64,000 nt of DNA from a virus (taxonomy: Duplodnaviria; Caudoviricetes), in IMG/VR virus record IMGVR_UViG_3300021399_000002, positions 118,656 through 182,655 of that record; one strand, given 5' to 3'. Both the position numbers and the translations under genes were made by a program. Every line of letters begins with the position of its first letter. Positions within the stretch are counted from its first letter, which is position 1. The notes beneath the pieces are model-generated. The model was not told the origin of the DNA. It ran no database searches and was given only the letters and a program-made list of their open reading frames with translations. This document shows, piece by piece, positions 57,829 to 64,000 of this stretch.

Positions 57829-58032
57829 ATGACTACTCGTACTTATTATCTGCCGAAGAATCGTATTGCGATTCATGTTATCAATCACATCGTAAGCAAA
57901 GTTGGTTGTAGCATTGGCGAGCTGAAAGTAAACCGCCAGACCGATACCATTCGTGTTCCCGTAAGCTGTAATGATGTAGATGTTGCTAAAATTGAGCGCA
58001 TCCTTAAAATCTATGATATGATAGAGGAGTAA
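57829..58032 (+). CDS. Small hypothetical protein
   Basis: ORF track; SD AAGGTGG. Confidence 0.65.
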   Translation: MTTRTYYLPKNRIAIHVINHIVSKVGCSIGELKVNRQTDTIRVPVSCNDVDVAKIERILKIYDMIEE

Positions 58033-58039
58033 AATACTT

Positions 58040-58174
58040 ATGGATTTAGTAATGATTGTGCTCGCTATTTTGAATTTATGTGGTGTAGTATCCGGTACAA
58101 CAGTTTCTATTTACGGTATTGTATTTGCCGTCATAGTCATGGTTAGTGCTCTTATCCGTGAAATGGAGAAGTAA
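58040..58174 (+). CDS. 44-aa membrane peptide (not in ORF track)
   Basis: SD GAGGAG; hydrophobic; stop in terminator loop. Confidence 0.6.
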   Translation: MDLVMIVLAILNLCGVVSGTTVSIYGIVFAVIVMVSALIREMEK

Positions 58175-58445
58175 TTCTCCATTTCAATCATTTAGGTGTT
58201 AAACACCTAAACTAAGTAATTGACTTTTCATCAAATTTGAGTATAATAATAATTGTTCCGAGGGGAACAAACCTCAGATGAAGGCGCCAAATGTTTGAGA
58301 GGATCCCCAAAGAACAAAAAAATAACAGATTTAATGCTTGACAAAAAGCAAAAAATCTGATATAATATAATCATCCCAAAAGGGAAAACAAAAATTGTGC
58401 AGGGTGGTCTGCCGAAACTAAACCACTGAGAAAAAAGGAGTAAAT

Positions 58446-58934
58446 ATGAATAAGAATGAAATCCTCAACACTATCCTGTCTATCCCCGGTGCGAGCATGG
58501 CTCGTCAGAACAAGACCAATTTTGTGGTTATCCCTGCTGATGACGGTATCATCAAGGTGAGTGTTGGTACGGCTTTGTCCATTGACACCAAGGCTCACAA
58601 GGCTTTCAACGCCGAAGCTGCGATTGCTGAATATAAGGCTTGGGAAGCTGAAGCTGCCCTTCGTGAAGCCGAAAAGGCTACCAAGCCTGTGAAGGTTAAG
58701 GGGCCGAACCCCGAAGCGCAGGCCCGCCGGGACGAACTTGACGCTAAGGTTTCTGCTCTGCCCGCTTTCACCGAGTATACCGCTACCGATATTCTGAACG
58801 CTCTTGCCGGACAGGTTGCCGAGAATGTCACTGTTATGGCGGTCGGTCAGAGCGCCAAGCGCCTTGTGGAAAAGGGTGTCCTCACGGTTGGCAATCGTGA
58901 AGGCGACAAGAAGTCCTACTACACCAAGGCTTAA
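58446..58934 (+). CDS. Protein with C-terminal winged-helix DNA-binding domain
   Basis: YTATDIL..TVMAVGQSAKRLVEKGVL...KKSYY wHTH pattern; tandem promoters; strong codon bias. Confidence 0.75.
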   Translation: MNKNEILNTILSIPGASMARQNKTNFVVIPADDGIIKVSVGTALSIDTKAHKAFNAEAAIAEYKAWEAEAALREAEKATKPVKVKGPNPEAQARRDELDAKVSALPAFTEYTATDILNALAGQVAENVTVMAVGQSAKRLVEKGVLTVGNREGDKKSYYTKA

Positions 58935-59084
58935 TCCCAAAATCAAAACTCCCCTTCCACCGGAAGGGGAGTAATTTTATTTTCATTTATTTAGGTGTTA
59001 AACACCTAATTTTATGAATTGACTTTTCCTTTAACTTCTGTTATACTAAACATGCTCAAGAGAGAGCGGAAGGAGTGAACGGAA

Positions 59085-59543
59085 ATGGAAATGAAAAGAA
59101 CTATCTTCTTTGATATGGATAATACTATTGCCGCCTTATATGATGTACCTAATTGGCTCCCGAAACTGCGAGCATATGACCCCTCGCCTTATGCCGAAGC
59201 CGAAGTCATGCTGAACATGAACCTGCTCGCCCGGTATCTGAATAAGCTCCAGAAAATGGGTTATCGTATTGGCATTATTAGCTGGTTGTCTAAATGCTCG
59301 AATACTCAATATGATGAAGCTGTGACTAAAGCCAAGCGTGAATGGCTAAAAGTACATCTTCACTCTGTGACTTTTGACCTTATCCATATTACACCCTATG
59401 GAGTGCCTAAAGAATTCTGGATGACTAATACTGATGACATTCTGTTCGATGATAACGAAGAAATTCGTAACGATTGGAATGGTGAAGCGTATGAGCCGAC
59501 AGAAATCTTCTCCGTTCTTTCCTCTCTCATCAAAGGGGAGTAA
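59085..59543 (+). CDS. HAD-superfamily phosphatase (5'(3')-deoxyribonucleotidase-like)
   Basis: FFDMDNTIA (DxD), K..WL, LFDD motifs. Confidence 0.8.
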   Translation: MEMKRTIFFDMDNTIAALYDVPNWLPKLRAYDPSPYAEAEVMLNMNLLARYLNKLQKMGYRIGIISWLSKCSNTQYDEAVTKAKREWLKVHLHSVTFDLIHITPYGVPKEFWMTNTDDILFDDNEEIRNDWNGEAYEPTEIFSVLSSLIKGE

Positions 59544-59619
59544 TCCCCTTTTGATATGTTAGGTGTTTAACACCTAAACTTAATACTTGATTTTTGTTAA
59601 AATTATGTTATAATATAAT

Positions 59620-59847
59620 TGTTCTTAGGAACAGCAGACATTCTTGCCCATACAGCAGTCTGGTCTTAGTGTTTTAAGAACTAAGGCGGTTTCCGATAGG
59701 AGCTTCCGCTGAATAAATGAAAAAGGCATTATTGACTCTTCGCCGGGGTGGACAGGCTTGTTCGGAAAAGGAGAACTAAAACTGGAGCCATCATAAAGGG
59801 TGTGTATGTTGCCTTTATGGAAATTGGATTTTATTATATCCAATTTC
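59620..59847 (+). ncRNA. Candidate structured non-coding RNA cassette
   Basis: Own operator and promoter, several hairpins, no SD-led ORF, terminal hairpin before next operator. Confidence 0.4.
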
Positions 59848-59977
59848 ATTTTCCTACTTTAAGTGTTAAACACCTAAATGTAGGTATTGCTTTTTTCCTA
59901 ATATGTGATATACTATCATTGTTCCGAGGGAAGAACGGAACAAGAAATAAAAACGAAAAAGAGAGAGGAAAAAGAAA

Positions 59978-60958
59978 ATGAAAGTATCTGAAACGATGAC
60001 CATTACCAAGCGGAGTTCTGACGGAGCGTTCTACGGCGAAAAGAACAATACCCCTTATATCATTGAGCCGACCCATAGTGAATATAATGCCTATGACGGT
60101 TTCTACAATGTCATGCGTGCTACCGCATACGCTGACCGTCCGGCTCTGTTCAATGAGATTCTGAACACGAATCGGTATCCTACTATTTTTGACACTGTTT
60201 CTACTCAGGCTGAGGAAGTGCCCCAGATGAGCGCTAAGGAAATTCTCGTCCGTGGGATTAAGAATCTGATGAATTTCTTTACGGAATTCAGTTTCACTCC
60301 TTCCTTCCGCTTTACCAATACCTTTGCTTTTATGGCTTGCCGGGGACAGCAGCAGGCAACTGAGTATGTCAATAACTACTTTGCTCTGATGGATTCTTCC
60401 TATGTGAAGGAAGTCCAGCAGAAAGTAAAGAGTCCTGAGTTTAAACAGATTATCAAAGACATTGCTCAGTATGGTGAGCCTACTTCCCATATCAATACCC
60501 GGTTTAAGGTTTACTACGGCCCGGCCGGAACTGGTAAGACTACGATTGCGCAGGAAGAAAGCGAGAACCGTTGTATTGTATGTAATTCTTCTATGTTGCC
60601 GTCTGATTTGATGGAAGATTTTATCTTCAAAGATGGCAATCCGGATTTTAATCCTTCTCTTCTGTGGGATTGTATGGAACAGGGCAAGACTATTGTTCTC
60701 GATGAAATCAATCTTCTTCCCTTTGATTCTCTGCGTTTCCTTCAGGGTATTGTTGACGGTAAGAGTGAATTTTACTACAAGAACCGTCCTGTCCATATTC
60801 ATGAAGGATTCCAGATTATCGGAACAATGAACCTCTCTCTTGGCGGTATGATTTACGGATTGCCCGAACCGTTGGTCGACCGTTGCTCTGATGCCAAAGA
60901 ATTTGCCTTGACTGCCGAGCAGTTGACCAAGGCGATTGTCGGGTGGGATGGGGAGTAA
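59978..60958 (+). CDS. MoxR/CobS-like AAA+ ATPase
   Basis: Walker A GPAGTGKT, Walker B VLDEIN, GTMN sensor, LVDR arginine finger. Confidence 0.85.
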   Translation: MKVSETMTITKRSSDGAFYGEKNNTPYIIEPTHSEYNAYDGFYNVMRATAYADRPALFNEILNTNRYPTIFDTVSTQAEEVPQMSAKEILVRGIKNLMNFFTEFSFTPSFRFTNTFAFMACRGQQQATEYVNNYFALMDSSYVKEVQQKVKSPEFKQIIKDIAQYGEPTSHINTRFKVYYGPAGTGKTTIAQEESENRCIVCNSSMLPSDLMEDFIFKDGNPDFNPSLLWDCMEQGKTIVLDEINLLPFDSLRFLQGIVDGKSEFYYKNRPVHIHEGFQIIGTMNLSLGGMIYGLPEPLVDRCSDAKEFALTAEQLTKAIVGWDGE

Positions 60959-61077
60959 TCCCCATTCTTTTTTCATTTTCATTATTAGGTGTTTAACACT
61001 TAAATATAAAAATTGACTTTTTCCTAAAACTTTGATATACTATCATTGTTCCAAGAGAGGGGAACAGAAAGTGAGGA

Positions 61078-62631
61078 ATGAAAATGGAACTGAGTTTTGC
61101 CAAGTGTGAATCTATCGTGAATACTCTGCCTATTGGTTTTTATACTGGTAGGAGAGTTGGTATAAAGATTGATAAGGAAGCGCCGACCTCTTACTATGAC
61201 CCTATGGAAGATAATATCGTCATTTCTTATCCGATTATTGCTCAGCGGTTGAGCAGTGTCAAGGATAATTCTGTCACTGAGGAAGAAGCGGTTCGGTCTA
61301 TGACCTATCATGAAGTTTCTCATGCGATTCTTACTCCTGCCGAAAATCTGACCAATACTTTTCAGTTGAATTGTATGGAAGATGAGCGCATTGAAACCGT
61401 ACTTCGCAACTATTTTCATGGCGTGAATTTCCGCAAGCAGTTGTATGACTTGTATGGTGGTGTCCCTCCTCGGGCAACTGATGCTAAATCTGCTTTTTTC
61501 AATGCCGTTAGGTTCGGGCTTGGTACTGGTAAGGTACAGTCAGAAGTAAATCGAATTATTAAGACATATGCTTCTATCAATCGGTCTACTGACCGTTGGG
61601 ATTCGAAAATCAACGCCGGAAGCTATGAAGAAGAAGTTAATAGATTGTATGATCTGGTTCGTAGAGAGTTTCGTTCATCCCCGGAAGAGTTTCAGCCCCA
61701 GACGGGAAACGGCAATAATCAGGAACCGAAAAATATGGATGAACTGAAACAGAATCAGAAGAATAGTAAATCTTCCAATACGGCGAAAGATGATTCTGAA
61801 TCTGAAATGAAGCAGAATAAAACCGATGGCGATTCAGAATTTGAAAATAAATCTGACTCTCAGGAAACTGAACCGCACGAATGTCCTTTTTCCCCGGAAC
61901 AGGTACAGCGTATGGTTGGTGCTTCTCTTGGCAAGAATTCTGGGTTGAATGATGAACAGGCCATGAAGTTGGATGATTTTCAGAAAACTGTTGAAATGAT
62001 TATTGGCAACTTCAATAAGAAGAACAAGGGCGGTAGCGGAATCAACGCCTACTCCGGCGTGTTCAATCCTCGTGCCGTTGCTCGCAAAGACTATCGGTAT
62101 TTTGAACGGGCTATGACTACTCAGGGCAACAATAAATTCGGTACTTGCCATTTGAATCTGATTATTGATTGCTCCGGCAGTTATTACTATAATGTGGATA
62201 TCACTAATGGAATCCTTGCGGTTCTGTCAGAAATCGAGCGTAAGAATAGAAACTTCTCTATGGATGTCGCTTTTATCAATCATGAGTTTCATCTGTGCCA
62301 GTCCGTGAGTGAACGGAAAATGAAGGCTTCCGGCGGTAATAGTATCCCGGACGATATGAAAGAAATTCTGATGAAACTCCAGAAACCGCAGACTTGTAAT
62401 TACAATATCATCCTGTTTGATGGTGATGCTTGTTGTAATAATATGTATAATCGAGATTCTGTTAAGGCTTTCAGCGTATTCGATATGAAACAGACTACAC
62501 TTATCACTGACCCCGACAATGAACAGTACATGAAACCGCCTTTTACTTCTACTAAGGTTGTGGTGACTAAGAATTATACGAACGAACTGATTGATCATAT
62601 TATCCATGCTCTGACGATTGCTTTCGGATAA
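61078..62631 (+). CDS. CobT-like protein: N-terminal HExxH metallopeptidase-like domain + C-terminal VWA domain
   Basis: YHEVSHAIL, EDERIE, MIDAS IIDCSGS, GGN, LFDGD; adjacent to AAA+ ATPase. Confidence 0.85.
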   Translation: MKMELSFAKCESIVNTLPIGFYTGRRVGIKIDKEAPTSYYDPMEDNIVISYPIIAQRLSSVKDNSVTEEEAVRSMTYHEVSHAILTPAENLTNTFQLNCMEDERIETVLRNYFHGVNFRKQLYDLYGGVPPRATDAKSAFFNAVRFGLGTGKVQSEVNRIIKTYASINRSTDRWDSKINAGSYEEEVNRLYDLVRREFRSSPEEFQPQTGNGNNQEPKNMDELKQNQKNSKSSNTAKDDSESEMKQNKTDGDSEFENKSDSQETEPHECPFSPEQVQRMVGASLGKNSGLNDEQAMKLDDFQKTVEMIIGNFNKKNKGGSGINAYSGVFNPRAVARKDYRYFERAMTTQGNNKFGTCHLNLIIDCSGSYYYNVDITNGILAVLSEIERKNRNFSMDVAFINHEFHLCQSVSERKMKASGGNSIPDDMKEILMKLQKPQTCNYNIILFDGDACCNNMYNRDSVKAFSVFDMKQTTLITDPDNEQYMKPPFTSTKVVVTKNYTNELIDHIIHALTIAFG

Positions 62632-62782
62632 GAATTAGGGGAGTTAGTCTCCCCTAATTTCATTTTAGAATAGTTTAGGTGTTGAACACCTAAATTCATC
62701 GTTGACAATCCTTATACTGTATGATATACTATCTATGAAATCAGGGAAGGAACAACCCTCTAAAACCAAAAGGAGAAATGTA

Positions 62783-63541
62783 TTGTCTGATTACGCACTG
62801 ATTCTGGATACTGAAACCACTGGTCTGGATAAGCCGTTTTGCTATGATTGTTCATGGGTTATCATGCGGAAATCCGATGGGCAACTGATTGACTTTAAGG
62901 CGAATGTGGTTGAACAAGTTTGGCACAACCTGCCCCTGTTTGAATCTGCGTACTATAAGGAAAAGCGGCAAAAGTATGTACAGATGATGCGGAAGCGTGA
63001 AGCCGTTATGGATAAATGGGGCTATGTCATGCGGAAATTGAAGCAGGATATTATCAATTATGATATTGAAGAAGTATATGCTTACAATTCCGATTTTGAC
63101 GATAAAGTGATTGCCTATAATTGCGACTGGTTCAAATGTAATAATCCCCTTGAAAATGTGGCCGTATATGATATTTGGGGATACGCAAGTGAGTTTATTA
63201 CGGGCGATTCGGACTATCAGAGTTTTTGCGAAACATTCAAGCGGTTTACGGATAGCGGAAACTATAAAGGTAGTGCCGAAGTTGTTTATCAGTTTCTGAA
63301 TAACAACCCTGAGTTTATTGAAGAGCATATGGGTTTGTTCGATTCTGAAATTGAAGCAAGTATCCTTTATGAATGTGTCAACCGTGGTGCTGAATGGGCA
63401 ACAGATTATAAAGTAAATAAGATTCTTCCCCGGATTGCCCTTCACCCTTTCATTATCAAGGTTGACGGTAAAGAAGTATACAAGGGCGAATATATCAAGA
63501 AATATAACCGCTCTGATGTATACAGTTTCAAGACGAAATAA
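62783..63541 (+). CDS. DEDDh 3'-5' exonuclease (DnaQ-like), TTG start
   Basis: ILDTETTG, AYNSDFD, EEHMGLFDS motifs; SD AGGAG 7 nt before TTG. Confidence 0.85.
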   Translation: MSDYALILDTETTGLDKPFCYDCSWVIMRKSDGQLIDFKANVVEQVWHNLPLFESAYYKEKRQKYVQMMRKREAVMDKWGYVMRKLKQDIINYDIEEVYAYNSDFDDKVIAYNCDWFKCNNPLENVAVYDIWGYASEFITGDSDYQSFCETFKRFTDSGNYKGSAEVVYQFLNNNPEFIEEHMGLFDSEIEASILYECVNRGAEWATDYKVNKILPRIALHPFIIKVDGKEVYKGEYIKKYNRSDVYSFKTK

Positions 63542-63691
63542 GAAGGTGGGACAGAAATGTCCCACCCTTCGCCCAACCATATTTAGGTGTCCAACACCTA
63601 ACTTTATTGATTGACTTTTATTAAAATCTGAGTATAATAATAATTGTCAAAAGGACAAGGAAAAGTCCTAAAAACCAGAAAGGATACCGCT

Positions 63692-64000
63692 ATGAAGAAA
63701 GCGTCTATGGAAACCCTCGTTAACTATATCGACAGCCACAATCTGACCGATCTGTTCTCCATCAAGGATGAATTGACTGCCGAACTGTCCAAAGGCAAGG
63801 CGAAAGCCGATGCTAACCGTGCCCTGTATGATGAGTACCATGATAAGGTGATCGAAGCTCTGAGCAAGGCTTCTGCTCCCGTGAGCGCACAGGAGATTGC
63901 GGACGAGACCGGGATTGCCCGTGGTAAGATTGTGTATGGTCTGACTAACTACTGGAAATCCGAAGTTGTTCGGGATGATTCCGGTAAGACCGCCATCTAC
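63692..64000 (+). CDS. Winged-helix DNA-binding protein (3'-truncated by window end)
   Basis: MKKASMETL...VIEALSKASAPVSAQEIADETGIARGKIVYGL...; cassette with operator 63583. Confidence 0.7.
   Translation, partial: MKKASMETLVNYIDSHNLTDLFSIKDELTAELSKGKAKADANRALYDEYHDKVIEALSKASAPVSAQEIADETGIARGKIVYGLTNYWKSEVVRDDSGKTAIY

Larger units (their letters stand above)
48981..63601. repeat. Dispersed dyad repeat TTAGGTGT-NNN-ACACCTAA, 30 copies, each about 9 bp upstream of a sigmaA -35 box (putative operator)
   Basis: Starts at 48981, 49289, 49567, 49816, 50303, 50729, 51036, 51335, 51770, 52081, 52352, 52732, 53097, 53517, 53880, 54240, 54649, 54893, 55331, 55871, 56314, 57015, 57582, 58192, 58991, 59559, 59859, 60985, 62675, 63583. 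Confidence 0.95.

Noticed and set aside
58371-63580. Long minus-strand ORFs (58371-58946, 59846-60982, 62852-63580 etc.)
   Set aside because: Antisense shadows of strongly codon-biased plus-strand genes; no SD or promoter; they cross cassette boundaries
48981-63601. CRISPR array
   Set aside because: Repeats are 19-23 bp dyads separated by about 240-1,700 bp containing promoters and genes, not uniform 30-40 bp spacers; no cas genes
48981-63601. Classical integron attC or Xer dif sites
   Set aside because: No GTTRRRY/RYYYAAC boxes with extrahelical bases; the 3-bp centre does not fit the 6-8 bp tyrosine recombinase overlap; cassettes carry their own promoters; no integrase in window
1-64000. 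tRNA genes (including a TAG suppressor), lysis genes, DGR or retron reverse transcriptase
   Set aside because: No cloverleaf/T-loop, endolysin, holin or RT motifs recognised by eye; tRNAscan-SE on the full genome is needed

Overview
A 64-kb segment of a large tailed (siphovirus-like) phage of an anaerobic Bacillota/Clostridia-type host, inferred from sigmaA promoters, AGGAGG SD sites, class III RNR and clostridial cell-wall-binding repeats. It has three blocks. (1) 1-10.4 kb, + strand: replication and nucleotide genes (DnaE, NrdD/NrdG, formate-nitrite channel, GIY-YIG protein, dUTPase, RuvC-like resolvase). (2) 10.45-47.5 kb, - strand: AT-rich virion morphogenesis operon (terminase, portal, protease/scaffold, capsid, neck, tail tube, a ~5,000-aa tape measure, Dit-like protein, and a tail protein with a C-terminal Hint domain). 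This block looks shattered in the supplied ORF track because the phage reads TAG as a sense codon, almost certainly Gln (code 15). The fragments are in frame, break only at TAG and end at TAA/TGA. (3) 47.6-64 kb, + strand: a more GC-rich array of about 30 small transcription cassettes. Each has the layout [terminator, often with the stop codon in its loop] - [19-bp dyad TTAGGTGT-NNN-ACACCTAA] - about 9 bp - [sigmaA promoter] - [5' hairpin leader + SD] - [small gene or candidate ncRNA]. This operator-tagged cassette array, and its interplay with TAG (one cassette uses TAG as stop, another appears to need TAG read-through), is the most novel-looking system here. No tRNA, release factor, lysis gene, integrase or CRISPR array was seen. 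Recoded gene coordinates come from manual frame and end checks, not from a gene caller.
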